A stretch of DNA of 64,000 bases from an uncultured Alphaproteobacteria bacterium (GCA_902602695.1 CACKRO010000007.1:6127-70126), one strand, 5' to 3'. Counted from the stretch's first letter, positions 9,692 to 20,055 are shown. The notes: generated from the letters alone by a model not told the origin. A program made the numbers and translations.

Positions 9692-10376
9692 ATTTATTGG
9701 AGAGATATTCATCTCTTTCTGTAAGCCATTCCTTTGCAAATTCAACGTCCTGCCATTCAGAAAACCATGGTCCTCCCCTAGTATAATGAACTGCGTAAGG
9801 TTTATCTTTATTGTGGCCTGAAGTCCATCCCTCTAACCAATTCCATCTTTCGTCTAAAGATCCAATTTCATCATCTTCACACCATTTGAATTGATGAAGG
9901 TATGCACCTGTTTCGTTATTAACTTTCTCGACAGTTAGTTTCTTTGTACTAGGATGAGAACAATTATATAAAATAAAGCTAGACCAATTTTTTCTTGGAT
10001 ATATTGTTTGTTTTTGTCCATCCATTTTATGTTTCTCTTTGGGTGTATAGTCATGCTTAACGCAGTAAACGGCTTTATTTTCATCAAGATTTTTAAATAA
10101 GTTGGAGACATCGCCTAAAAAAATAAAATCACAGTCACAGAAAACTGCCCAGCCTTCATAATTTTGGAGTTTTGGAACTAAAAATCTAGAATATGTAAAT
10201 TGTGTAGATGCTAAAGGATCAATGCTTCTTGTGTATAAGTTTTTAGCAATAAGCTCATCAAGTTTCAAAGACATAACATTTACGTCAGCGTTAGTACGTT
10301 TTAGGAGTGAATACTTACAAACTCTGTAAGCAATATCCTCTTTAGAATCATATCCTATAAAAAAATTTAGTTTCAT
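9681..10376 (-). CDS. Putative nucleotide-diphospho-sugar glycosyltransferase (distant GT8-like)
   Basis: 231 aa. DxD-like FCDCDFIF, then RWNWLEGW and HYTRGGPWF, in GT8-like order. Assignment is by motif order only. Confidence 0.5.
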   Translation of the reverse strand: MKLNFFIGYDSKEDIAYRVCKYSLLKRTNADVNVMSLKLDELIAKNLYTRSIDPLASTQFTYSRFLVPKLQNYEGWAVFCDCDFIFLGDVSNLFKNLDENKAVYCVKHDYTPKEKHKMDGQKQTIYPRKNWSSFILYNCSHPSTKKLTVEKVNNETGAYLHQFKWCEDDEIGSLDERWNWLEGWTSGHNKDKPYAVHYTRGGPWFSEWQDVEFAKEWLTERDEYLSNKFKP

Positions 10377-10377
10377 A

Positions 10378-11679
10378 TTAATTGCTATTTTGTCTTATCA
10401 TCATTGGAGACGACCAAACAAGAGAATTGTAATTACCAGAGTCAGATAAAGAACTCCATTCCTCTTGTGATTGATTTGTAATTCTACATATCCAACTATT
10501 TTCAAATTTAGCATTTTCAGCTCTCATTATCCAAGCATCACTTTTTTGCTTATCATTATTTTCTCCAAGTTCTATATCAGACATAAAATAACAGATATCC
10601 CTAGAAGGACTTGAGCCAATCATTCCAATAATATTCTCTTTAGCAATATCCCATTTTAAATTTTTTATAGCAAAATAAATTAAAAGTTTTTTGGATTCTT
10701 CTTCACTAGCATTATTTTTAATTATTTCATTTATGAATCTTATATCAGTAAGATTGTTATCATTAAGTATTTTAATTATGATAGAACGAAGAAGAGAGGA
10801 TGGATTAAGGCTCCAATATTTTTTGATTAATTTTTTAAGGTCTCTTTTTTCATTTAAACCAGCGATAATTTCTAAATGAAGTTTTAAATATGGAGGAAAA
10901 TTTTTTTTCAAGTCTACTGCTTTCAAAATATTTTTTAAAGAATCCTTAATATCACTATCAAATTTTATTTTAGCTATTTCATAAAAACCTATGGATTTAT
11001 TTTCATTTAAATCATTTTTACTTATTAATTTATTTGAAAAAGCTTTATCTGATAATAAAATTATTTGATTCCAGTTTTTTGTTTTTGCAGCAATAAATAT
11101 TAATGTGTCATAAAGTTTTTCAATATTCGGATTAATTGAAAATAATTTTTCTCCATATAAAAAAGCATGATGATAATCTTGATTTCTTAAATTTTGTTCC
11201 ATTAAACCTCTATATCCAAGTGTTTCAGTCTTTTTTGATTTAATCATATCTTCATAAACATTGTTTAATTCTGGAAATTTTTTCTCGATCTTTAAAACTT
11301 CAGATTTTAATAACAAAGATAATGATGGGTTATCTTTAAGATAACTAACCATTTTTTTATGGGATTTTAGAGCTGTCTTATTATCTTTGTTTGCAACGGC
11401 TATCATTGCATCTACAAAGTGTAAGTAACCTTTTTCAATTTTATTATATTTATTTTTTAAGAAATATTTACTGAGTGAAAGTCTTGATCGGAAAAATAAA
11501 TAAAACACCAAATATAATAGAAAAATAAATGATATAAAAGCTACAGCAAATAAATTTGAAGAAAAAGAATATTTTAAATTTCCTATATCTAAAGATAAAA
11601 TAAATGGATTGGTAAAAATAAATGTGAGCGCTATGATTAATAACAAAAGTTGCAATACAAAAATTGAAAGTCTATACAT
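10378..11679 (-). CDS. hemY: HemY-like membrane-anchored TPR protein
   Basis: 433 aa. Two N-terminal TM helices are followed by a helical-repeat region. It sits directly downstream of a HemX/Mic60-like gene, as in hemXY-type clusters. Confidence 0.6.
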   Translation of the reverse strand: MYRLSIFVLQLLLLIIALTFIFTNPFILSLDIGNLKYSFSSNLFAVAFISFIFLLYLVFYLFFRSRLSLSKYFLKNKYNKIEKGYLHFVDAMIAVANKDNKTALKSHKKMVSYLKDNPSLSLLLKSEVLKIEKKFPELNNVYEDMIKSKKTETLGYRGLMEQNLRNQDYHHAFLYGEKLFSINPNIEKLYDTLIFIAAKTKNWNQIILLSDKAFSNKLISKNDLNENKSIGFYEIAKIKFDSDIKDSLKNILKAVDLKKNFPPYLKLHLEIIAGLNEKRDLKKLIKKYWSLNPSSLLRSIIIKILNDNNLTDIRFINEIIKNNASEEESKKLLIYFAIKNLKWDIAKENIIGMIGSSPSRDICYFMSDIELGENNDKQKSDAWIMRAENAKFENSWICRITNQSQEEWSSLSDSGNYNSLVWSSPMMIRQNSN

Positions 11680-12556
11680 TATTTAATTTTGATATTTCTG
11701 TAATAAAATTATTATAGTTTTTCATTTCATTCAAAGATACTTTAAAAAAGACATTATAATTTTCTATCTTACTTATACTGTCATAAGCTTTAGTTATGTT
11801 TTTATTTTTAATAAAAAATTTAGTTTCCTCTAATATTAAAATTTTTTCATCTAAAATAATATTTTCTGTAGATGGAGAAAGGTTTATATAGGGTAAAAAA
11901 ATTTTATTAAACAAACTATTACTTTCATACACATTGTTCTTCAAATATAAATTAACCTCATCATTAAATTGATCTTCTAAAAATAAATGACCTTTGTATT
12001 TATTATTTTTTAAAATTGATAATTTTTCCAAAATAGGGTTTTTATTATCTTCTAAAATTGTTTCAAGGTATTTTAGTTCTCTATCAAAATCCATGTTGTT
12101 TTCGTATTTAATTTTTATTAACTCAACTACTTCATTGGTAGATTGATTTAAAAGTTTAGGATTTTTATTTGACTGATCTTCAATATTTTTATTTTTTATA
12201 GAAGATATCTCATAACTTAGAGAATTAAAATTCTTATTTAGTAAATCTATACTTTCATTGATGGATGTCAAATCAACTTTTGATTCTTTATTAGAATTTT
12301 CTTTAATAAGTTTTTCTATATTTGTTAAAGCTGTTTTTGTTTCTAATATTTCTTTGGAAATATTTTTTATAAATTCAGAATTTTCATTAATATTTTCCCT
12401 AAGCTCATTTTCAATCTCAATCTGAAGTTTTGATACCTGATCTTCATTTTGATAATTGGTATAGAGAAGATAAATTAAGAAAAAAACACATAATAAAAGA
12501 ATAAAGCTTAATGAAAATTTAGAAAAAACATAAAAACTATCAAAAACTTTTTTCAC
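11672..12556 (-). CDS. HemX / alphaproteobacterial Mic60-like membrane-anchored coiled-coil protein
   Basis: 294 aa. One N-terminal TM helix (FSLSFILLLCVFFLIYLLY) is followed by a long Glu/Lys/Asn-rich coiled-coil-like region. It overlaps the hemY-like gene by 8 nt and lies opposite tsaD. Confidence 0.45.
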   Translation of the reverse strand: MKKVFDSFYVFSKFSLSFILLLCVFFLIYLLYTNYQNEDQVSKLQIEIENELRENINENSEFIKNISKEILETKTALTNIEKLIKENSNKESKVDLTSINESIDLLNKNFNSLSYEISSIKNKNIEDQSNKNPKLLNQSTNEVVELIKIKYENNMDFDRELKYLETILEDNKNPILEKLSILKNNKYKGHLFLEDQFNDEVNLYLKNNVYESNSLFNKIFLPYINLSPSTENIILDEKILILEETKFFIKNKNITKAYDSISKIENYNVFFKVSLNEMKNYNNFITEISKLNNV

Positions 12557-12618
12557 ACCCTTTTTTTAGCATTATTAGTTTGTTGTTTAACAGTGTAAAA
12601 TACTATACCAAAAAAAAT

Positions 12619-13629
12619 ATGCTTGTATTTGCTGTAGAAACTTCGTGTGACGAAACATCGATATGTTTAATGGAAAACAGTTCTATTGTAGAACATATTA
12701 CTTTTTCTCAGGAAATTCATAAAATACATGGTGGTGTTGTTCCAGAGTTAGCTTCAAGATCACATTTGGAAAAAATACAAATTATGACAAATGATTTATT
12801 TGATAATAATAAAATAGAACCAAAAACTATAGATGTTTTTACTGCTACCTGTGGGCCGGGACTTATTGGAAGTTTATTGGTTGGCTCAACTTTTACCAAA
12901 TCTTTAGCAATTTCTTATAAAAAACCATTTATTCCGACTAATCATCTTGAAGGACATATATTGTCTACAAGTTTTAATAACGATATTAAATTTCCAAATC
13001 TGATCTTACTTTTAACAGGAGGTCATACTCAGGTTTATTTGATGAAAAGTGAAAATGAAATAGAGCTATTGGGACAAAGTGTTGATGATGCAATAGGAGA
13101 AGCTTTTGACAAAACAGCAAAATTAATTGGTCTACCATATCCTGGCGGTAAGGAAATTGAACATCAAGCACTTCAAGGGAATGAGGATAAATTTGTTTTA
13201 CCAAAACCATTAGTTAAAGAAGAAAATTTTAATTTTTCATTTTCTGGTATTAAAACAAATATAAACCTTTTAACAAAAAAAAATAAAATTGATAAAAAAT
13301 TTGTAGAAGATTTGTCAGCATCATTTCAAAAAAATATTACTGAAATTCTTATAGAAAAGTTAGAGAGAGGTTTAAAAAGATTAAGTTCTGAAAATATAAA
13401 TATAAGATCAATTTCTGTGGTAGGAGGAGTGTCAAATAATAATTATATTAGAAACAAAATAGAGAATTTTTTTGTCGAAAAAAATATTGAAATTTATTAC
13501 CCCATAAAAGAAATGATGGGAGACAATGCAGCTATGATTGCTTGGTCATGCATGAAATTTTATAAAAAAAACAGAAATGATTTATTTTTTAAACCAATGC
13601 CTAGATTAAGAGTAAGAAGTGTATTATAA
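12619..13629 (+). CDS. tsaD: tRNA N6-adenosine threonylcarbamoyltransferase TsaD
   Basis: MLVFAVETSCDETS start and HLEGH metal-binding motif; Kae1/TsaD family. I chose the ATG at 12619 rather than the TTG at 12580 used by the track. Confidence 0.9.
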   Translation: MLVFAVETSCDETSICLMENSSIVEHITFSQEIHKIHGGVVPELASRSHLEKIQIMTNDLFDNNKIEPKTIDVFTATCGPGLIGSLLVGSTFTKSLAISYKKPFIPTNHLEGHILSTSFNNDIKFPNLILLLTGGHTQVYLMKSENEIELLGQSVDDAIGEAFDKTAKLIGLPYPGGKEIEHQALQGNEDKFVLPKPLVKEENFNFSFSGIKTNINLLTKKNKIDKKFVEDLSASFQKNITEILIEKLERGLKRLSSENINIRSISVVGGVSNNNYIRNKIENFFVEKNIEIYYPIKEMMGDNAAMIAWSCMKFYKKNRNDLFFKPMPRLRVRSVL

Positions 13630-13669
13630 ATTTAATCTAGTAAAAAATTTAAACTAAAGAAATATTGAA

Positions 13670-14074
13670 ATGAAATACTGGTTATTGAAATCTGAACCTG
13701 ATGCATGGTCTTGGGATAACCAAGTCAAAGAAGGTGCATCAATGTGGGATGGGGTCCGAAATTATCAAGCCAGAAATAATTTAAAAGAAATGAAAAAAAA
13801 TGATTTGTGTTTTTTTTATCACTCAGTTACAGAAAGAAGTATTGTTGGTATTGTTAAAGTAGTAAAAGAATATTATCCAGATCCTACAGATAAAACAGGT
13901 CGTTTTGTTGTGGTTGATGTTAAAGCGACAAAAAAACTAAAAAGCCCAGTTTCTCTCGTTCAGATAAAAGAAAATAGTAAGTTACAAGATATTGCACTTA
14001 TTAAACAAAGCAGACTTTCCGTAATGCCTTTAAAAAAAACTGAATGGGATATAATAATTAAAATGTCAAATTAG
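13670..14074 (+). CDS. EVE domain protein
   Basis: 134 aa. MKYWLLKSEPDAWSWD...WDGVRNYQARNNLKEMKKNDLCFFYHS is the typical EVE/PUA-like signature. Confidence 0.8.
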   Translation: MKYWLLKSEPDAWSWDNQVKEGASMWDGVRNYQARNNLKEMKKNDLCFFYHSVTERSIVGIVKVVKEYYPDPTDKTGRFVVVDVKATKKLKSPVSLVQIKENSKLQDIALIKQSRLSVMPLKKTEWDIIIKMSN

Positions 14075-14127
14075 CTTAAAAAAAATTATTTGTTGATATT
14101 TAAATAAATTAGAATTAGTCTCTTAAT

Positions 14128-16050
14128 ATGGAAATTAAAAAAGAATGGCTTGAACATGCAAAGGTTAATGAAGAAAAATATTCTTCGATGTATGATCATT
14201 CTCTTCAAAAAAATGATGAATTTTGGGCAGATCAAGCACACAGAGTTGATTGGATTAAAAAATTTTCAAAAATCAAAGATATAAAATATTCTAAAGATGA
14301 TGTTAGTATTAAATGGTTTGAAGACGGCAATATTAATGTATCTTATAATTGTATAGATAGGCATGCTAAGACTGATCCAGATAAGATTGCTATAATTTGG
14401 GAAGGAGATGACCCAAATGAAACAAAAAAAATAACATACAAAGACCTATTAATAAACGTATCAAAAGCAGCAAATGTACTTAAAAAAATTGGTGTAAAAA
14501 AAGGTGATCGAGTAACAATATACTTAACTATGATACCTGAGTTGGCTTACATGATGTTAGCTTGCGCAAGAATTGGAGCAGTTCACTCAATAATATTTGG
14601 AGGTTTTTCTGCAGAGTCGATAGCAGGTAGAATAAAGGATTGTAAATCAGAATATTTAGTGACTGCAGACGAAGGTGTAAGGGGTGGAAAAACTATTCCT
14701 TTAAAATTAACTACAGATAAAGCACTAGAATCATGCCCAGATGTTAAAAAATGTTTAGTTGTAAAGAGGACAAATAAGGAAATAGAGCTAAAAAAAGATA
14801 GAGATATATTTTACGATGATATTTTAAAAGACGTTGATAGATTTTGTGAACCTGCAATCTTAAGCGCTGAAGATCCTTTGTTTATTTTATACACCTCAGG
14901 GTCAACAGGTAAGCCTAAAGGTGTTATGCATACAACGGGTGGTTATATAGTTTATGCTTCAATGACACATGAATATATCTTTAATTACAATGATGGAGAT
15001 ATATACTGGTGTACTGCAGACATAGGCTGGATTACTGGTCACAGTTATATAATTTATGGACCACTTGCTAATGGCGCCACAACTTTAATGTTTGAAGGCG
15101 TCCCTAATTATCCTGATTTCTCGAGATTTTGGCAAATAGTTGATAAACATAAAGTAAATATATTTTACACAGCACCAACTGCTATTAGAGCTTTAATGAG
15201 AGAAGGTGATGATTTTGTTATAAAAACTGATAGATCATCATTAAAACTTTTGGGAACAGTTGGAGAACCTATAAACCCAGAAGCATGGAAGTGGTACTTT
15301 GAAGTACCAGGTAATTCAAAATGTCCAATAGTAGATACTTGGTGGCAAACTGAAACGGGAGGAATTTTAATATCGCCCCAGACTGGTGCTATAAAATTAA
15401 AGCCAGGTTCTGCCTCTAAACCTTTTTTTGGTATTGAACCTTGTATTGTTGATAAAGATGGAAATGAATTAGAAGGTGAATGTGAAGGTATGTTATGTAT
15501 GAAGAGATCGTGGCCAGGTCAAATGCGAACTGTTTACGGCGATCATAAAAGATTCATTGATACATATTTTTCACAGTTTAATGGAAAATATTTCACAGGT
15601 GACGGATGTAAAAGAGATAAAGATGGATATTATTGGATTACAGGTAGAGTAGATGATATAATTATTGTTTCAGGACATAATTTAGGTACAGCCGAAATAG
15701 AAAGTGCCTTTGTGTCCCATAAAGATGTTTCTGAAGCTGCAGTAGTTGGTTATCCTCATGATGTCAAAGGTAATGGTTTATACTGTTATGTTTCTTTAAA
15801 AGTTGGGGTTAATTCATCAGATGATTTAGTTTTAGATTTAAAAAAAACAATTAGAGAAAAAATTGGCCCTATTGCTACACCTGATTTTATACATATTACT
15901 GCCGGTTTACCAAAGACAAGGTCTGGAAAAATAATGAGAAGAATTTTAAGAAAAATTGCCTCAAACGATTTTGAAAATTTAGGAGACACCTCAACACTTG
16001 CAGATCCATCAGTGGTTGATGATTTAATAGAAAATAGAAAAAATAAATAA
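14128..16050 (+). CDS. acs: Acetyl-CoA synthetase
   Basis: 640 aa. AMP-binding motif [19 protein letters not shown] and [11 protein letters not shown]. Confidence 0.95.
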   Translation: MEIKKEWLEHAKVNEEKYSSMYDHSLQKNDEFWADQAHRVDWIKKFSKIKDIKYSKDDVSIKWFEDGNINVSYNCIDRHAKTDPDKIAIIWEGDDPNETKKITYKDLLINVSKAANVLKKIGVKKGDRVTIYLTMIPELAYMMLACARIGAVHSIIFGGFSAESIAGRIKDCKSEYLVTADEGVRGGKTIPLKLTTDKALESCPDVKKCLVVKRTNKEIELKKDRDIFYDDILKDVDRFCEPAILSAEDPLFILYTSGSTGKPKGVMHTTGGYIVYASMTHEYIFNYNDGDIYWCTADIGWITGHSYIIYGPLANGATTLMFEGVPNYPDFSRFWQIVDKHKVNIFYTAPTAIRALMREGDDFVIKTDRSSLKLLGTVGEPINPEAWKWYFEVPGNSKCPIVDTWWQTETGGILISPQTGAIKLKPGSASKPFFGIEPCIVDKDGNELEGECEGMLCMKRSWPGQMRTVYGDHKRFIDTYFSQFNGKYFTGDGCKRDKDGYYWITGRVDDIIIVSGHNLGTAEIESAFVSHKDVSEAAVVGYPHDVKGNGLYCYVSLKVGVNSSDDLVLDLKKTIREKIGPIATPDFIHITAGLPKTRSGKIMRRILRKIASNDFENLGDTSTLADPSVVDDLIENRKNK

Positions 16051-16053
16051 AAC

Positions 16054-16605
16054 TTACCTCGGTTCCCAATGCTTTAAACATCTGGGCTCATAAATATTTG
16101 CTGCACCAACTTGGGTTCTTTCACCGCCTTCTGTCTTTCTATAGGTTTTGGTAGCTTCGATACCGCAGACATTGCAAAACCCATATATTTTTACAATTTT
16201 ATCAGATAAACCTAAAAGCATCGCAGATGTTTCCCATGGTTTTCCCCTTGAATCTTGGTCAAGACCTGCGCACACAACATCTATTCCTTTATTTAAAAGA
16301 TCCTCAACATTTTTAATAGTCTCATTTGTATTCATAAACTGAATTTCATCTAAAAAAACCATATCAACTTTACTCTTTTCAAATACAAATTTTTTTAAAG
16401 TTGTTGCCCAATTTCTCATAGAATAACAGTCGTGACTTAAATCGTTGTGAGTTATAATTTTTTCATCTGAATATCTGTTGTCTATACTGGGTTTGATAAC
16501 AATAATTTTTTTATTTTGATGTTTAGCCCAAAGTATTCTTTTTAAAAGTTCGCTTGTTTTTCCAGCAAACATTGCGCCTACAATTGTCTCAAGATTACCT
16601 CGCAT
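16054..16605 (-). CDS. tdk: Thymidine kinase
   Basis: 183 aa. P-loop GAMFAGKTSELL and a C-terminal Cys-rich zinc motif CNVCG...PRC. Confidence 0.9.
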   Translation of the reverse strand: MRGNLETIVGAMFAGKTSELLKRILWAKHQNKKIIVIKPSIDNRYSDEKIITHNDLSHDCYSMRNWATTLKKFVFEKSKVDMVFLDEIQFMNTNETIKNVEDLLNKGIDVVCAGLDQDSRGKPWETSAMLLGLSDKIVKIYGFCNVCGIEATKTYRKTEGGERTQVGAANIYEPRCLKHWEPR

Positions 16606-16673
16606 AAGTCAATATATTTTATTTTTAATATTTATTATATAACTAATTAGGTAAATAATAAATTATTTTAATA

Positions 16674-17942
16674 ATGATTAAAGGTGAAAAAATTAGATTT
16701 GATATCCATAATATTTTATATTCAATTTATAAGTTCAATAAGACATTAAATAATAAAGATATACAAAAAATAATTAACAATCATAAAAAAGAAGATATTT
16801 CTTTTTTGAATAATGTAACATTGAACTCTATGAGATTTCATTTACATTCATCTAAAATTATAAACCGATATATTAAAAATAAGATTAAGGATAAAGAAAA
16901 AATTTTATTGCTTAGCGCTATAACTCAAATAGTTTTTTTAAATTTTAAAGAATATGCGGTTATTAATTGTTCAGTTGAAATTGCCAAAAAACTTAAAATT
17001 TATCACGGATTAATTAATGCTACTCTAAAAAATATATCTAAGGATAAAGAAAAATTAAAGAAGTTAGATATAGAATTTGATGATTTACCGATGTGGTTCA
17101 AAGATAAAAGTAAGTCCTTGACTGATAGTCAAAAAAAGAATTTTCTAAAAAATTTTAATCAAGAACCAAGCATACATATAGTTTTTAAAGATGAACAAAA
17201 ATTAAAAATATTTGAAGAAACTTTAATTAGGACTTCAGAAATTTCAGGTTTTCTGAAGGAAAGGAAGAATGTTGTAGAAATAAAGTCATATGAACAAGGA
17301 AATTGGTGGGTTCAAGATTTTTCTTCATTTTTTCCATTACAAAATTTAAAAGTTAAAGAGAAAAATAAAAAATTTTTAGATACTTGTGCCGCACCTGGTG
17401 GTAAATCATTTCAAATTTTATCAAAAAAATATAATTTAACTTTAAATGATAAAAGCAAAACTAGAATTCAAATTCTTAAATCAAATTTAATTCGGTTAAA
17501 TTTTAGTGCAAAAATACTTAATAAGGATTTTACAAACTTTGAAGAAAAAAATAAATATGATTTTGTTATAATCGATGCGCCTTGTTCAGCGGTTGGAACA
17601 ATAAGAAAGAATCCTGAAATTTTTTTTAAAAGAAAAAGTCCTGATTTTAATGTTTTGGAAAACTTACAAGAAAAAATGTTAGATAAAGCTTCAAATTTAT
17701 TAAATATAGATGGCTTAATAATTTATATGGTATGCTCTTTTTTAGAATATGAGACTGAAGACCAGATAAATAAATTCCTTTTGAAAAATAGTAATTTTGA
17801 AATCTTTGGTTTTGATTTACTAAATAAAAATAATAAATATTCATCACTCATAAATAATAATTTTATGAAAACACTTCCAGACACTTTACTAAATTATAAT
17901 ATCGATGGGTATTTTGCTGCTTTTATAAAAAAAATAAAATGA
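16674..17942 (+). CDS. rsmB: 16S rRNA (cytosine967-C5)-methyltransferase RsmB/Sun
   Basis: 422 aa. SAM-binding DTCAAPGGKS and catalytic IIDAPCSAVGTIRKNPE. Confidence 0.85.
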   Translation: MIKGEKIRFDIHNILYSIYKFNKTLNNKDIQKIINNHKKEDISFLNNVTLNSMRFHLHSSKIINRYIKNKIKDKEKILLLSAITQIVFLNFKEYAVINCSVEIAKKLKIYHGLINATLKNISKDKEKLKKLDIEFDDLPMWFKDKSKSLTDSQKKNFLKNFNQEPSIHIVFKDEQKLKIFEETLIRTSEISGFLKERKNVVEIKSYEQGNWWVQDFSSFFPLQNLKVKEKNKKFLDTCAAPGGKSFQILSKKYNLTLNDKSKTRIQILKSNLIRLNFSAKILNKDFTNFEEKNKYDFVIIDAPCSAVGTIRKNPEIFFKRKSPDFNVLENLQEKMLDKASNLLNIDGLIIYMVCSFLEYETEDQINKFLLKNSNFEIFGFDLLNKNNKYSSLINNNFMKTLPDTLLNYNIDGYFAAFIKKIK

Positions 17943-19471
17943 TTTTACTTATAAGAAAAATTATTTTTATTCGTATAGTTTATAAATTTAAATCATTAAA
18001 AAAATTTTCATTTCTAAATTTAAATTTTAGAAAAATAGATTTTACAAACTATAAACAAATTAAATCTTTTATCTTTAAGGAAAATTTCTATAAATCTAAA
18101 AATAAAAATATTCATACTTTTGATTTTTTAAACTTCTCTAACAAACTTGGTGGAAAAATTGGAATAAATTTATCTAAAGAATCTATATTTGGTTGGTATA
18201 AAGAAAACAAAAATAAATTAAATTTTCCATGGTCTGAGGATTTAGCAGCAAAAAGATTAATAAACCTTTTATATAATTATGAGTATATAAACTCTTCTTC
18301 TAATATTATAGATAAAAAAAAATTAGATACAGTTATTTTTTTTCACATACAAAGAGTGTTATTTGATTTTAATGCTAAAAAAGTAAGTGATGTTTCTTCA
18401 TTTGATATCATTGCTTATGTAATGTCATTATTAATTATTAATAAAATCAGTAACAGAAAAATTGAATATATAAAATTTATAATTGAGTTACAAATTGATA
18501 AATTGGGAATGCATAAGAGTTACAATATTTTAGAGCATTCTAAATTTATAAATAATCTAAACGAACTGAAAAATATTTTATTATTTTTTAATGTAAAGAA
18601 ATCAAATCAATTCGATGAGTTAATTCTCAAAATGACATCTATATCAAACCAGTATTTTCACAATGATGGAAGTTTACCTCTTTTTAATGGGGCAAATAAT
18701 ATTTTCACAAAGATTATAACAAACTCACTTAATAAGGATACATACTTAATAAAAAGAGAATTTACTAATATAGATAATGGTATCGCTTTTTTTAGTCATA
18801 AAAATAAAAAACTTTTTTTTGACGTAGTTCAACCAAACAAAGATAGGATTAGTTCAAATTTAAGCGCTGGAACACTTTCTATTGAATGGAGCAGTCATGG
18901 GGAAAAAATATTTACAAATTGTGGAGCATCAGAAAGTTTAGGTAAAAATCCTGAGTATTTAAGATATAGTGCTGCACATTCAACAATTATTCTACAAAAT
19001 ACAAATATCAGTGAAATAAAAGAGGGTAACCCACATATTAAGTTTCCTCAGTCAGTTGTTTTTAGAAAAGAAACGAACAATGAAGAGGAAATATTTGAGG
19101 GATCTCATAATGGGTATATTAAAAAATTTAAAAAAATTATTAGAAGAAAACTAACTGTGTTTAAAAATAGAAATAAATTAGTGGGTGAGGATGCTGTTAT
19201 TTCATATAAAGATATTCGCGATAGGTTAATTTTTCATATTAGATTTCACTTAGCTGAAGAGATAACTTATAATTTTACAAATAATAAAAAAAATATAATT
19301 TTAAAAACAAAATTAAATAATATCTGGATATTTAAAAGTGATACTGAATTAACTATAGAGAATAGTATATTGGTGGACAATAATTTAACAAAGCCTACAA
19401 AACAGATAGTAATTAAAGGTGTATGTGTTAACAATAAAACTACAAGGAAATGGTCGTTAGAAAAAGTTTAA
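17939..19471 (+). CDS. Heparinase II/III-like family protein (function unknown)
   Basis: 510 aa. It sits between rsmB and purH, the slot where many Alphaproteobacteria carry a heparinase II/III-like gene. An HNDGSLPLFNG-type segment is present. The call rests mainly on synteny. Confidence 0.5.
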   Translation: MILLIRKIIFIRIVYKFKSLKKFSFLNLNFRKIDFTNYKQIKSFIFKENFYKSKNKNIHTFDFLNFSNKLGGKIGINLSKESIFGWYKENKNKLNFPWSEDLAAKRLINLLYNYEYINSSSNIIDKKKLDTVIFFHIQRVLFDFNAKKVSDVSSFDIIAYVMSLLIINKISNRKIEYIKFIIELQIDKLGMHKSYNILEHSKFINNLNELKNILLFFNVKKSNQFDELILKMTSISNQYFHNDGSLPLFNGANNIFTKIITNSLNKDTYLIKREFTNIDNGIAFFSHKNKKLFFDVVQPNKDRISSNLSAGTLSIEWSSHGEKIFTNCGASESLGKNPEYLRYSAAHSTIILQNTNISEIKEGNPHIKFPQSVVFRKETNNEEEIFEGSHNGYIKKFKKIIRRKLTVFKNRNKLVGEDAVISYKDIRDRLIFHIRFHLAEEITYNFTNNKKNIILKTKLNNIWIFKSDTELTIENSILVDNNLTKPTKQIVIKGVCVNNKTTRKWSLEKV

Positions 19472-20055
19472 AAAAAAAATTTGCTTTGGTGTCTGTCTAT
19501 AACAAAAATAAATTACAATACCTTTGCTCAAATTTAATCAAAAATAATTATAATTTAATTTCTACTGGATCTACTGGTAATAAAATTAGATCAATGGGTT
19601 TTAAATGTATTGATATTTCTAAAATAACAAAATTTAAAGAAATGTTTGATGGTAGGATTAAAACTCTCAATCCACTTATTTATTCCTCATTACTTTATGT
19701 TAGAGATAATAAAAATCATTCAAAACAATTTATATCACTAAAAGTTCCAGAAATAAGTATTGTGGTTGTAAATTTATATCCATTTGAGAAATATAAAACA
19801 AATAACAAAAAAAATAAATTAATTGAAATGATAGATATAGGAGGGCCAAGTTTATTAAGAGCAGCAAGTAAAAATTTTAAATTTGTTACTCCTATAATTA
19901 GTCCGATGGATTATAGAAAATTAATAAATAATATTAAAAAAAATGCTGGTGAAACTGATATCAATTTTAGAAAAGAAATGGCATATAAAGTCTTTAAAGA
20001 AACTTCAAATTATGACAAACAAATAGCAAAATGGTTTAATGAATTTAAAAAATAG
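19450..20055 (+). CDS. purH: PurH N-terminal part: IMP cyclohydrolase (MGS-like) domain, as a separate reading frame
   Basis: 201 aa. ALVSVYNK, STGSTG and GRIKTLNP motifs. It ends at TAG just after an A6 run (20047-20052). Confidence 0.85.
   Translation: MVVRKSLKKKFALVSVYNKNKLQYLCSNLIKNNYNLISTGSTGNKIRSMGFKCIDISKITKFKEMFDGRIKTLNPLIYSSLLYVRDNKNHSKQFISLKVPEISIVVVNLYPFEKYKTNNKKNKLIEMIDIGGPSLLRAASKNFKFVTPIISPMDYRKLINNIKKNAGETDINFRKEMAYKVFKETSNYDKQIAKWFNEFKK

Noticed and set aside
12580-12618. Upstream alternative starts used by the track for tsaD (TTG 12580), and similarly for maf (48649), lolA (33868), yggS (35803) and the 86-aa ORF (TTG 23675).
   Set aside because: In each case an internal ATG coincides with the conserved family N-terminus or a better SD. 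The extensions add non-conserved, junk-like residues. These remain uncertain at the level of a few codons.
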